A stretch of DNA of 63,981 nt, filler included, from Octopus bimaculoides (lineage: Eukaryota): NCBI RefSeq assembly GCF_001194135.2. It is 6 parts of 6 records of this genome, joined end to end, with 100 filler letters (N's around TTAATTAATTAA, not from the genome) between each part and the next. Parts side by side here need not be neighbours in the genome. Positions count along the whole stretch, not along the records: positions 19,127 to 47,688 come from NC_068991.1; 5 more parts are not named here. One strand, given 5' to 3'. The position numbers and the translations under genes were made by a program. The notes beneath the pieces are model-generated. The model searched no databases. It was not told the DNA's origin and saw only the letters and a list, made by a program, of their open reading frames with translations. Below, in pieces: positions 24,766 to 36,694 of this stretch (position 1 is its first letter; each line of letters opens with the position of its first letter).

Positions 24766-25337
24766 TCACTGATTTTTTTTTTTTTTTTTTTTTTTAACCA
24801 AACCCCTATGTTAAACGAGAGTAGATGTATTTCAAATGAGACATGTCAACTTTTGTTTCATCCCATACTGAACAGGCAGAATGTTGGTGTTGTCAAATGC
24901 TTCACGTATGGATAACATGCTTCTATAAAAACTATATGTATGCTATTTTTTTAAAAATATCTAAGTCTGTTTATACATATTTGTTTATAAGCATTCATTT
25001 ATGAACATATCTATTCATGCATGCATTTAATATATGTAAATGTGTTCTTGATGAGATCTATTTTTTCAGTAATTTAAAACACAAAATTTTAATGAAGGTA
25101 AGTTGTTGTCTGACTGCTGGGTTTCATTGCAGGAACGGAATTGTGGCTTACATTACAGCAGGTTTGGGTCCAGTTTACTATATAAAGAATATTATCTCAT
25201 CTATACTACAAGATTTAATGTCTTCTTCATACCTCGTGGTTTACTGTGGGGGTTTTTTTCTTTCCTTCACAGATATTAATGTCATTAATATTAATATAAT
25301 TAGAATTATATATTGAATTACTAGTCATCTTCCTTGA

Positions 25338-25558
25338 CTCTTTAGCATTTAAACCAGCCATATCCAGCCCAAATATTCTACCTTTTCTTATGTTCAAACA
25401 GACCAGATACCGCCTCTTACACCTACCCTACAATGTCATTCTGAAAATAAACACTCAAACTATCAAAATCTTGAAGCTACAAAATAATTCAGGCTCAATT
25501 CAAAATGGTGTGAATAAACATGCATTACATTTAGCGTAGTAATCTGAATGCTAAAGAG
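25338..25558 (-). mobile_element. piggyBac-like MITE (CCCTTTAGCATT family), inverted copy
   Basis: ctctttagcattt...aatgctaaagag termini; body matches the reverse complement of 13552-13772. Confidence 0.75.
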
Positions 25559-25574
25559 TTGAACTCTTCTGGTG

Positions 25575-26050
25575 TGGCCTGAAATGGAATAATAAATGGA
25601 AAGGAGCAGAGAATTGAGCCCTGAGGAACCTACATTCACAGTAAATTGCTCATTGTACCCCCTGCCAACTCCCACCTTCCTAACATCATATCTGTGCATG
25701 GCTTACACATCTCTCTCAGGAGCTGTCCATCTGCACCTAGTTTTTCTAGAGACCACCAGAATACAGTATGTAGCCACCATATTACCCTTTGTGTGGCTTG
25801 TTTCTTACTCCAGTCACTGATTTCATCAATGGCTAACAGTAGGTGGGCTTAAAAGATCTCAAAGTTGCCCTGCATGCTATAGATCAATATCTCTCCCTCC
25901 TCCACACCATATGACTCACCTAGAACCTCCCAGAATTCATGTTTAGTAGATGGATCTTTCAGTTTTTACCTTCCTTCTCCAGAATGTCTTGTGTGTCTGT
26001 GTTTAGTACTTACTGTAAAGTTACTAGTCTGTGTTGAGTGGTTCGTTCTT
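25575..26050 (-). mobile_element. Decayed LINE reverse transcriptase fragment (RTE-like)
   Basis: - strand pieces FWWSLEKLGADGQLLREM and RKVGVGRGYNEQFTVNVG..GLNSLLL resemble WWSLRKLGV.EW.V / KVRV....S..F.V.VG.HQGS.LSPLLF. Confidence 0.65.
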
Positions 26051-26209
26051 CACTCACTTTAGACTTAGTGTCCACAACCATCCATCTATCCCGTTTCCTG
26101 ATGAATACGAATGCGTGAAATATAATCCAATACAGCTTTTTTGCGGATGATGTTTGTTGCATGAAACTTGTACATAATCATAATTTCTTAACATGTCTTA
26201 TTTCCAAAG

Positions 26210-26321
26210 ATCAACAAAAGAAGGCTCCCGCATCCACGTGAAATTCATTGAGTATGATCCATTGGTTGACTCAAGCTGTATGTCATATGATATTTGGATT
26301 AGGATTGCCAATGATATAAAA
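26210..26321 (+). CDS. ASPG: ASPG exon (first visible coding exon; phase 2 to 0): STKEGSRIHVKFIEYDPLVDSSCMSYDIWIRIANDIK
   Basis: Acceptor tttccaaAG, donor GTAAGT, 112 nt. EYDPLVDSS..M...W..IA.DIK matches the type I asparaginase EY.PL.DSS.M...W motif. Confidence 0.93.
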
Positions 26322-27392
26322 GTAAGTTCAACTAATATAATCCATTTTCTAATAATCATTTTGATTTTCTTTGAATTACTTTGCTCTTTTTGCTCTTTGG
26401 ACAACGGCCATGCTGGGGCACTGCATCCAGTGGTTTTAGTTTATAACATTGCCCTCTCCCCCACTAACACTTATTTCAGTTTCATACTGTTATGATGTGC
26501 TGTTTTCCACATCTATAACGTGCGGCCACTGTTGTGACTGTAGCTGCTGTATCTACTCCAGTAGCTACAATATTTTCTTGGAATCAGATACAGTGTATCT
26601 CTTCTGTACCAGAATGAGTAATACACCGCTTCATGTATCATGCTACCACTGATAGCTCTGCAAGGCACCGACTTTGAACCGTCTACCTTGACTGTGACTC
26701 GAACTCGACTATAACGCATAACTGTCACTTAGCTTCAACTGAGAACTCATACAACAACTTTACAATAACTGACACGTCATCATCATCATGAAATATCCAT
26801 TTTCCATGCTGGCATGGGTTGGACATATAGACATGGGATGTACATATATGTATATGGTTGTATGTATATGTCTATATATATATTCAGCAGAGGCAACAAA
26901 TTGACTCAATATAAAGAACCATAGATAAGATGTGAAATTAAAAATTTTTTATATATATTGGACTAAAAGTTTTTTTAAAAATTAAACTTCTTTATCTAAT
27001 ATCATTGCTTATTTTGATTTTAATCATCTTATTTTGGAATTGTATGGATAATACCATACTTGATTCTGGTGCCTAAACTTAAGTACCATATTCACCTTGA
27101 ATCTAAATTTTTCCATATATNNNNNNNNNNNNNNNNNNNNNNNNNNNNNNNNNNNNNNNNNNNNNNNNNNNNNNNNNNNNNNNNNNNNNNNNNNNNNNNN
27201 NNNNNNNNNNNNNNNNNNNNNNNNNNNNNNNNNNNNNNNNNNNNNNNNNNNNNNNNNNNNNNNNNNNNNNNNNNNNNNNNNNNNNNNNNNNNNNNNNNNN
27301 NNNNNNNNNNNNNNNNNNNNNNNNNNNNNNNNNNNNNNNNNNNNNNNNNNNNNNNNNNNNNNNNNNNNNNNNNNNNNNNNNNNNNNNNNNNN

Positions 27393-27424
<32 letters not shown>

Positions 27425-27722
27425 TTTCTTTCAGTTTCTGTCCCTCAAAACCACTTAAGGTTTTTGTCAGCCTGGGTTCATGCTGGTGATACTTGCCCTT
27501 AAATCTCAAAATTATGTAACGATGGGTAATTAATTCAAAACAATATGAACAAAAAAGCAATTACATTTGGCAGAACAATCTGAATGTGATGCTCAGTGCG
27601 TGTACCTCTCTATGTCTGATCTTGATTCATCATCCACTGTAATCCTGATACAGTAAAAACATAAACTCTTGAAATAATCACATAGAGATAATCTCACCAT
27701 TATTATTTTTCTTTAATTTCAG

Positions 27723-27848
27723 GCAGAGTATGAGAATTTTGATGGTTTTGTTATTCTACATGGAACTGACACTATGGCTTATACAGCTTCAGCATTGTCG
27801 TTTATGTGTGAAAATCTTGGCAAACCCATCATTCTTACGGGTTCTCAG
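27723..27848 (+). CDS. ASPG: ASPG exon: [42 protein letters not shown]
   Basis: Acceptor tttcAG, donor GT, 126 nt, in frame with the previous exon. Contains the catalytic HGTDT signature and the TGSQ motif. Confidence 0.98.
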
Positions 27849-28251
27849 GTGTGTATATTATGTGTCTATTTGTGTATCTGCCACATACACTTACGTCTAT
27901 ATAGTATATTATGTGTAGATATATAAGTGTGTGTATGTATATGTCATTTAAATCAGTTTGACTTGGTTCCGTGCTACTTCAAGTTTCGTTTGTCCCCGAC
28001 AAGAAACTGACTCTTTCAGGCTTCTGGATAAGTAAGGCTTCTTCTAGGGGCTCTGCAAAACTTGAAGTTGCCTAGAAAATGTAGTTGTGAAGTGAATGTC
28101 TTAATCACATGGCCATATGTATTCTCTACCTAGATGTAAATATCAAAATTTTGGTCCCATTTCTAAAGATGAAGTTAATAGTTTGGAAAATGTTAATCCT
28201 ATTAATGAACTAATACCACAGTTAATATCTTTTTGCTTCTTTGTTTTCCAG

Positions 28252-28335
28252 ATTCCAGTTATTGAACTGCGCAGTGATGGTTACGTCAACTTCATCTCAT
28301 CTCTTATTGTAGCTGCTAATTATTGCATCCCAGAG
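28252..28335 (+). CDS. ASPG: ASPG exon: IPVIELRSDGYVNFISSLIVAANYCIPE
   Basis: Acceptor ttttccAG, donor GTATTG, 84 nt, phase 0-0. SDG..N motif of asparaginases. Confidence 0.95.
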
Positions 28336-29011
28336 GTATTGAAAGCAGACTCACACAGACACATAAAAACATACACTCATACACACACACACACACATGC
28401 ATGCATAAACAGACATATAAACACGCACAACGTGCTTGGGTTAACTTATCCTTTATCCTTCTAAGACTGAGGGAATAGGTATTGATTGTCCTTTCTACTC
28501 TAGGCACAAGGCCTGAAATTTTTAGGGAGGGGGCCAGTCAATTAGATCGATGTAACTGGTACTTAATTTATCAACCCCCAAAGGATGAAAGGCAAAGTCG
28601 ACCTCAGTGGAATTTGAACTCAAAACGTAAAGACAGGCGAAATACCACAAAGTATTGTGCCCAGCACGCTAACATTTCTGCCAGCTCACCACCTTACTGG
28701 TATTAATATTATTAACAATATTAAGGCGGCACTCTGGGCGAAATGCTTACCTGTATTTCGTCTGTCTTTATGTTCTGAGTTNNNNNNNNNNNNNNNNNNN
28801 NNNNNNNNNNNNNNNNNNNNNNNNNNNNNNNNNNNNNNNNNNNNNNNNNNNNNNNNNNNNNNNNNNNNNNNNNNNNNNNNNNNNNNNNNNNNNNNNNNNN
28901 NNNNNNNNNNNNNNNNNNNNNNNNNNNNNNNNNNNNNNNNNNNNNNNNNNNNNNNNNNNNNNNNNNNNNNNNNNNNNNNNNNNNNNNNNNNNNNNNNNNN
29001 NNNNNNNNNNN

Positions 29012-29044
<33 letters not shown>

Positions 29045-29532
29045 AAAGAAAAACCACTATTAAATAATTCAACAAAGAAGAATTCAACTCACACCCTCCA
29101 GAAAATAAATATATCACAAAAACCTTATTAAAAAAAAATCAATAAAATACACACACACACACACACACATCATCATCATCATCATCATTTAATGTCTGTT
29201 TTTCATGCTGGCATGGGTTGGATGGTTCGACAGGCAAGGTTTGACAAGTCACAGAGCTGTGTCAGGCTCCAGTGTCAGCTTTGGCATGGTTTCTCTGTTT
29301 GGATGTATGTGTGTATATATGTCTACATACATTTGTACATACACACATACACATACACACACACATAAACACTCACATGTCTATACACACTTATGTACAT
29401 ATATGGCATGTATGTGTATATATGAAATTACCCTCACCTTGCAATGGTTTTATTAGTAGTGCCACTACCTGCCTACGGTACTCATCATCACTTGTTCCTT
29501 TGTATTATTATTATTATTATTATTATTATTAG

Positions 29533-29659
29533 GTTATGCTGTGCTTTGATTCCAATGTTTACCGTGGTTGCCGAGTTGTGAAAATAGATACTGGTGCATT
29601 TGCAGCCTTTGATTCTCCAAACTTAACCCCACTTGTGAAACTGGGATTCAAAATCCAAG
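29533..29659 (+). CDS. ASPG: ASPG exon: VMLCFDSNVYRGCRVVKIDTGAFAAFDSPNLTPLVKLGFKIQ
   Basis: AG follows a (TAT)n run, donor GTGAGC, 127 nt, phase 0-1. RG.R..K (catalytic Lys) and AF.SPN..PL motifs. Confidence 0.95.
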
Positions 29660-31086
29660 GTGAGCTTATTTTGTCTTCACACTGCTTCCAAATTTTGGTA
29701 CACAGCCAGAAATTTGGGGGAAATGGGGAAAGCCGATCACATCGCCCCCCCCCTCCCCAGTGCTCAACTGGTACTTATATATTATTNNNNNNNNNNNNNN
29801 NNNNNNNNNNNNNNNNNNNNNNNNNNNNNNNNNNNNNNNNNNNNNNNNNNNNNNNNNNNNNNNNNNNNNNNNNNNNNNNNNNNNNNNNNNNNNNNNNNNN
29901 NNNNNNNNNNNNNNNNNNNNNNNNNNNNNNNNNNNNNNNNNNNNNNNNNNNNNNNNNNNNNNNNNNNNNNNNNNNNNNNNNNNNNNNNNNNNNNNNNNNN
30001 NNNNNNNNNNNNNNNNNNNNNNNNNNNNNNNNNNNNNNNNNNNNNNNNNNNNNNNNNNNNNNNNNNNNNNNNNNNNNNNNNNNNNNNNNNNNNNNNNNNN
30101 NNNNNNNNNNNNNNNNNNNNNNNNNNNNNNNNNNNNNNNNNNNNNNNNNNNNNNNNNNNNNNNNNNNNNNNNNNNNNNNNNNNNNNNNNNNNNNNNNNNN
30201 NNNNNNNNNNNNNNNNNNNNNNNNNNNNNNNNNNNNNNNNNNNNNNNNNNNNNNNNNNNNNNNNNNNNNNNNNNNNNNNNNNNNNNNNNNNNNNNNNNNN
30301 NNNNNNNNNNNNNNNNNNNNNNNNNNNNNNNNNNNNNNNNNNNNNNNNNNNNNNNNNNNNNNNNNNNNNNNNNNNNNNNNNNNNNNNNNNNNNNNNNNNN
30401 NNNNNNNNNNNNNNNNNNNNNNNNNNNNNNNNNNNNNNNNNNNNNNNNNNNNNNNNNNNNNNNNNNNNNNNNNNNNNNNNNNNNNNNNNNNNNNNNNNNN
30501 NNNNNNNNNNNNNNNNNNNNNNNNNNNNNNNNNNNNNNNNNNNNNNNNNNNNNNNNNNNNNNNNNNNNNNNNNNNNNNNNNNNNNNNNNNNNNNNNNNCC
30601 TTGAATCGTTATCAGTCTCTCTTGCTGAACCACAAAACTGCAGGGGTGTAACTGGACCAACACCAGTTGTCAAGCAGTGGAGGAACAAACACACACACAC
30701 ACACACACACATTCATAATGGGCTCTAAATTCATTCACAAAGCTTTGGTTGGTCTGGGGTTATAGTAGAAGACACTTGCCCGAGATTCCGCACAGTGGGA
30801 CTGAACTCAAAACCCATCTTTTTCACCATACAGTCATGCCTGTGCCCTTTCCATCAACATGACCGCAATCAACACCATTACCACCACCACCATCACTATC
30901 ATTACCGCTACCATCAACCAATATTACCACCATCACCACCACCATCATCATCACCACCACCACCACCGCCATCAACACAACCATCATCATCATCCCATCA
31001 ATACCGCCAGCATCACTGCCACCATCTCTCTCACATATTCTTTCATCGATCCACACACTTTATATCATTTTCTTCATTTGTTCCAG

Positions 31087-31275
31087 ATCAAAGCAGTTAT
31101 AATGTCCGAAGGTATCAAAGGTATTGTTCTACAGACATTCGGTGCTGGAAATATTCCTACCAACCAAAAACACTTTGTTGCTCTGCTAAAAGAGGCATCG
31201 GAAAAGGGTATTCTGATAGTCAACGTAACCCAGTGTTCCAAAGGCTCTGTCGGCAGATATTATGCTTCCTGTGAG
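31087..31275 (+). CDS. ASPG: ASPG exon: IKAVIMSEGIKGIVLQTFGAGNIPTNQKHFVALLKEASEKGILIVNVTQCSKGSVGRYYASCE
   Basis: Acceptor ttccAG, donor GTAAGT, 189 nt, phase 0-0. KG.VL.TFG.GN.P and IVN.TQC..G.V motifs of the asparaginase C-domain. Confidence 0.97.
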
Positions 31276-31448
31276 GTAAGTATTATTTATATCCCTATCA
31301 GCATTTACGTCCACTTTTTCCATGCTTGCATGAATCAGAGAGAATTTGTTGAAGCAGGTTTTTTTTCTGCAGCCAGATGCCCTTGCTGTTGTTAACTTTT
31401 GCCTGTGCCTAGAGTAGAAAAGAAAACAATAAGGTGAAGTATTACATA

Positions 31449-31660
31449 TGAGGGGGTGCTGAAAAGTTCTTGGCTTTGGGTAAAAGAAAATGTAGGAGGA
31501 TCAGTTAATTATGATTCTATCCAACATATTCCCCTCTCAGATTCACACACTTATTGCAGTGGTCCTTCAGTTTTTCTAAGCCCTGTAAAAGATCTTGGAA
31601 AGCTGGGCCTCCAACCAGACCTTTCACAATATCCTTTAGAAATGTAATACTTCCTTTGAT
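31449..31660. mobile_element. mariner-type terminal fragment
   Basis: TA|TGAGGGGGTGCTGAAAAGTTCTTGGCTTT resembles a mariner TIR; the other end was not found. Confidence 0.5.
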
Positions 31661-32060
31661 TTCTTTTGCTGGTTTCAGTCATTGGGGTGTGGCTATGCTG
31701 GGGCACTGAATGAAACGTGGATATAGTCAAATAAATTGAACACAGTACTTATTTTTTAAAGTCCGGTACTTATTCTGTTGGTCTCTTTTGCCAAGTGAAG
31801 TTACAGTGATGTAAACAAACCAACACCAGTCATTGAGTTGTGATGGAAGACAAACACACATACACACACACAGCTGGTTTCTGTATTTTCCATCTTTCAA
31901 ATTTACTCACATCGATCAATTCCAGGCTATAGGAGAAGACCCTTGTCCAAAGTGCCATGCAGTGGGACTGAACTTGTAGCCACATGGTTGGGAAGAAGGC
32001 TTCTTTCACCATTTGTTAGAATGCCATTACCTTTTTCGTTTTCTTTTCTGTTTCCTACAG

Positions 32061-32174
32061 GGTCTTGGAGAGGCAGGTGTGATTCCTGGTGGAGATATAA
32101 CACTGGAAGCCGCCATCACCAAATTGATGTATGTCCTAGGACAAGAAAATCTCACACTGGAGCAAAAAAAAAAG
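32061..32174 (+). CDS. ASPG: ASPG exon: GLGEAGVIPGGDITLEAAITKLMYVLGQENLTLEQKKK
   Basis: Acceptor ttcctacAG, donor GTAAAG, 114 nt, phase 0-0. AGVI.G.D.T.EAA..KL.YVLG motif. Confidence 0.96.
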
Positions 32175-32180
32175 GTAAAG

Positions 32181-32417
32181 TTTATTTCTTTATTGCCCAC
32201 AGGGGCCTAAACATAGAGGGGAAAAACAAGGACAAACAAAAGGATTAAGTCGGTTACATTGACCCCAGTATGTAACTGGTACTTATTTAATCAACCCTGA
32301 AAGGATGAAAGGCAAAGTTGACCTCAGCAGAATTTGAACTCAGAATGTAATGGTAGACAAAATACCGCTAAGCATTTTACTTTGCGTGCTAACGATTCTG
32401 CCAGCTTGCTGCCCTAG
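32181..32417 (-). mobile_element. SINE family B inserted immediately after an ASPG splice donor
   Basis: Tail ttatttctttattgccc begins a few nt after GTAAAG; head ccagcttgctgccctag. Confidence 0.85.
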
Positions 32418-32807
32418 AAAGATAAAGCTTATTGGTTAATTATCCTTAACCTTTTCGTTACCAACCTGGCTGAATAAATTTTGAATTAAAATCTTCCACC
32501 AAACCTTAGTCACAATTTATATTCCTAACACTAGCTTAATGATAACAAAGTTATTTTACTAGATTCTTTGTTATATTTAAAGTAATTGAAAGATTATATA
32601 AGAGCACGTAAGAATTGCTGGGAAGAAAATATGTTAGTGATGGAGTGTCAGAACAAACTCTCAAGGAGAAAAGAGGCAAGCATAAGAAAGGATACAGACT
32701 GTGGATCAGGGGTATCAAGGTTATAGGAGTATAAGGGAAGAGTTACAGATGGTTAAAACCTAGAAATTAATTAATTTCTGTTAAAATCTAATAATTTCTC
32801 TTTACAG

Positions 32808-32921
32808 TTCATGAAGAAGAACCTTCGTGGTGAAGTGACGATTGTACCCAAAACCGATTCCCCTTTGAACTTTGAACTTATTGCACTGATGGCGAAAAGG
32901 TTGAGCCTAAGCACAAATGCG
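32808..32921 (+). CDS. ASPG: ASPG exon: FMKKNLRGEVTIVPKTDSPLNFELIALMAKRLSLSTNA
   Basis: Acceptor tttacAG, donor GTATGG, 114 nt, phase 0-0. NLRGE motif ends the asparaginase domain, followed by a linker. Confidence 0.94.
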
Positions 32922-34101
32922 GTATGGCACCAGTTCTTCCTCTAATCTCTCTAGTTTTTTTCTCCTGCTGGTCAGATTTTTGGTGGAGGGCACAGGAGAG
33001 TTGTTGTTTTGTTTTTATTGGGGATTTTAATAGTTGATTATTTCTTAATTAGTAAACCAATATATTCTGTTTTTCAACTGTTTGTATTCACTAATTACCT
33101 ATGCAAGCCAGCTTCAGTTTCTTCAATACTTTTGTTTATTTTATTAACCTATGTTACACCTGGGTAGCAACAGGTTGATCGGTTCTGTTCCATTCTTTGG
33201 AACATCATCATCATCATCATCATCATCATCATATGCCTCCTCTTTTTCTTCCTTGTATTCTATCCATACCCTAAGATGCCTAAATCATCATCATCATCGT
33301 TTAACGTCCACTTTCCATGCTAGCATGGGTTGGACAATTTGACTGAGGACTGGTGAACCAGATGGCTGCACCAGGCTCCAATCTGATTTGGCAGAGTTTC
33401 TACAGCTGGATGCCCTTCCTAACACCAACCACTCCGAGAGTGTAGTGGGTGCTTTTACATGCCACTGGCACGAGGGCCAGTTTGGCAGTACTGGCAACAG
33501 CCACACTCAAAATAGTGTATTTTACGTGCCACCTGCACAGGAGCCAGTCCAGCGGCACTGGCAACGATCTCGCTTGAATGCCTTTTCACATGCCACTGGC
33601 AAAAGTGCCAGGATGGCGACGTTGGTATATATATGTGTGTGTATGTATATGTTTGTGTGTCTGTGTTTGTTCCCAACACCACCGCTTGACAATCAATGTT
33701 GGTGTGTTTATGTTCCCGTAACTTAACAGTTCAGCAAAAGAGCCCGACAGAATAAGTACTAGGCTTACAAAGAATAAGTCCTGGGGTCGATTTCTTCAAC
33801 TAGAAAAGGCGGTGCTCCAGCATGGCTGCAGTCAAACGACTGAAACAAATAAAAGAATAAAGAGATACACTCATGACTCCCCACCCACACCCCTGATCAT
33901 CATAATTTATCCACTTGACCAATTTACCTCTACTACTGGCCAGCTGTTGCTTGAATCCTAGCACCTAACTGACCAGCTGCTGTGTCGTTAGCTTAATTAA
34001 GTCTTTCTCTTTCTCATTTGCCATCACTTGAAGCTTCGAGTGTTGCTGGTTTCTATCAATTACTTTACCATTTTCTTTCTTTTTCCTCTTTCTTTCCACA
34101 G

Positions 34102-34197
34102 GAAATTGAAAGTTTACGTGATACCATTTTCCCGGACTTGATTTGTACTGCTGCCAAGACAGGAAATCTGAATTCTATGGTGGACTTGAAAGAGAAG
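34102..34197 (+). CDS. ASPG: ASPG exon: EIESLRDTIFPDLICTAAKTGNLNSMVDLKEK (start of ankyrin region)
   Basis: Acceptor ttccacAG, donor GTAACT, 96 nt, phase 0-0. P.L.C.AA..G motif. Confidence 0.93.
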
Positions 34198-34246
34198 GTA
34201 ACTCTACTTTCCTATTTCAGAAATATGTATTCTCTCCCCACACCCG

Positions 34247-34298
<52 letters not shown>

Positions 34299-35433
34299 CT
34301 CCCTCTCTCTCTCTCTCTCACTCTCTCTCTACTTCTCATGTATTTGTTTAAACTAGATCAAGGAAATGTTTGTATGTGAGTAAATAGAAAAAAAATTGCT
34401 GGTGGGTATTAAATATCTATTGCAAGACAAGCCAGTGTAAGAGCTTCAATGTAATCACTTAGGCTGCTAGAAATAGCAGCTTACTGTCCTGAATCAGACC
34501 CTACTACCTAAAATGAAAAGAAGGACATATTCAGGAATGTGCAATAAATACATTTTAAAGAAATAAAAACGATGTGATGTTGATTGATTGAACCGGCCCC
34601 TAAAACCAGCTAGATACCGGATCCCAGAATTTCCCATGTCCAGACATGTTTTCATGGAATATAAGAAATGAATGACTCTGTCAGTGCTGACAAAATTCAT
34701 CCACCAGTACAGTCGGTGCTTTTTAGCGCTATATGTCTATATGAGATAAATTCGAAGGATATGTGCAAATTAATATTTGTTATGGTGATTGCTTCTATTA
34801 CTAATAACCAGTACACACAAACGGATGCATACGTACACACATGCACACACACATGCCTAGACACACACATTTATCAGTTTCTGTCTACCAAGTACTTCTA
34901 TCTAAAGAATATCTATCAGTTTACATCTACCAAACCCATGCACAAGGCTTTGGTTGACTCAGGGTTAAAGTAGAAGACACTTGGTCATGCTAAAAGTGTA
35001 TAGACTGACAAAGAATAAATCTGATCCCTGATCTTTCTGGCACTCTGTTGGTTATGATACCTAGGGTTTCAGTTAATCCGATCAATGGAACAGCCTGCTT
35101 GTGAAATTAACGTGCTAGTGGCTGAGCACTCTACAGATATGTGTACCCTTAATGTAGTTCTCAGGGATATCCATGACACAGAATGTGACAAAGCTGGCCC
35201 TTTGAATTACTGGTACTACTCATTTTTGACAGCTGAGGGGACTGGAGCAACGTGAAATAAAGTGTCTTGCTCACCAGTTACTCTAACTTCTAAGCCATGT
35301 GCCTTCACAAAGAATGGATAATACAAAGCTAATTCCTGAGACTACTCCATGGCTGACATGATGGCAAGGAAGTCTGTTGAATGCATCTCTCATCTTTTAT
35401 AAAACAGCAAACATTTTCTTTCTAATCTCTTAG

Positions 35434-35684
35434 GGTGGCAATCTATCGTGCTTCAACAAAGAGAACCGCTCTCCACTACATATTGCAGCACGAAGTGGAT
35501 ATCATGATATGGTGTTGTACCTCCTGAAGGAAGGTGCTTCTGTACACCAACGAGACGACAACAATTGCACACCATTGATTGATGCCATATCTGGTAATCA
35601 CCTGAACATCATCGATGCTCTGGTTGAGACTGGAGCCAGTCTAAACTACATGGAAAGTGATACCATTGGGATGCATCTTTGCAG
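35434..35684 (+). CDS. ASPG: ASPG ankyrin exon: GGNLSCFNKENRSPLHIAARSGYHDMVLYLLKEGASVHQRDDNNCTPLIDAISGNHLNIIDALVETGASLNYMESDTIGMHLC
   Basis: Acceptor tcttAG, donor GTAACA, 251 nt, phase 0-2. Two ankyrin repeats (SPLHIAA..G....V..LL..GA; TPL..AI..NH..II..L...GA). Confidence 0.96.
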
Positions 35685-36208
35685 GTAACAGTCACTTCCA
35701 TATAAACAACTACATTTTTAACATCATTAGTAAGGCCTTTCTCATGTGATATATGTGACAGTCAGAGACATGAATTATGGCATATCTCAAGCTGTAAATC
35801 TTGAACATTTATAAGATTTGTATTGATTCCATTTTCACTGTAGTTTTGAACCAAGGCAAGTTTTAGACAAAAAATTATTTTACCTGATTGTATGTTGAAT
35901 TCTTTGAAGGTGATCCACAAGGTGACATGTGTGACTTAGTACAAAATAACCTTTTTTACATCTGAAAATATTAGCTGCTAATTCCTCAGAATTTCTCCGG
36001 AGCAGTGCAAAAAGCTTCATGTTTATTTACGCTGACCTTGAAAATGCTAATGAGTTTGCTGGACAGCAATGGTCTGTGGTCACAGTTCTCATTTACCTGG
36101 TGTGATGTGCTTGACAAAAATGGCTGTGACATAAGCGATGATTTGGAAGAATTTGTCCCAATATCAATATCTGGGGAAAAATGAACAACCAGTTCGATGT
36201 ACCTTACT

Positions 36209-36355
36209 CTATCACATGACTTAGCCATGCCTCATCACTAGACTTGGCCATATACTATCACATGACTTAACTGTACACTGTCACATGACTTGGTCACATA
36301 CTATCACATGACTTGGCTATACATTACCACATGACTATCGTATATTATCACATAT
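36209..36355. repeat. Degenerate 22-24 bp minisatellite (CTATCACATGACTTGGCCATATA-like) in an ASPG intron
   Basis: TCACATGAC at 36212, 36258, 36281 and 36304, plus variants. Confidence 0.8.
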
Positions 36356-36594
36356 CCCATCTGTTTGTTATACCTACAGCACGTATCTGTCATGTCATAC
36401 CCTAGGTTTCTCTCATACTCTGTCACATATTTCTGCTATATTCTACCACAGTTCTCAGCTGTATGCATGCATCTGTCACGCACTACTATTGCATGTCCTT
36501 GTCACTCACTCCCTCATGATTCTGTCATAAACTGCCAATGTATGTGACTAACATTTTCATTCATTTATAGCTTGTATAATTTTATGCACTTCAG

Positions 36595-36694
36595 TCTTGC
36601 TGCTGTTGATAATGTGAAGGCCCTGGAGTCGTGGAAACGAGCCGGAGCAGACCTAAATACTAAAGATTACATGGGGTCAACAGCTCTTCATGTT
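36595..36694 (+). CDS. ASPG: ASPG ankyrin exon: (S)LAAVDNVKALESWKRAGADLNTKDYMGSTALHV
   Basis: Acceptor cttcAG, donor GTAAGT, 100 nt, phase 2-0. AGADLN..DY.G.TALH ankyrin motif. Confidence 0.96.

Noticed and set aside
25017-25316. 99-aa ORF with LVVYCGG resembling the asparaginase LVIYTGG motif, plus GTAAGT at 25099
   Set aside because: It lacks the TIGM continuation and catalytic Thr, has no suitable donor after the motif, and the donor and acceptor are only 35 nt apart.
30859-31086. Poly-His/Thr in-frame extension upstream of the exon at 31087
   Set aside because: It is a (CAC/CAT)n microsatellite that happens to lack stops; a good acceptor at 31086 explains the exon start.
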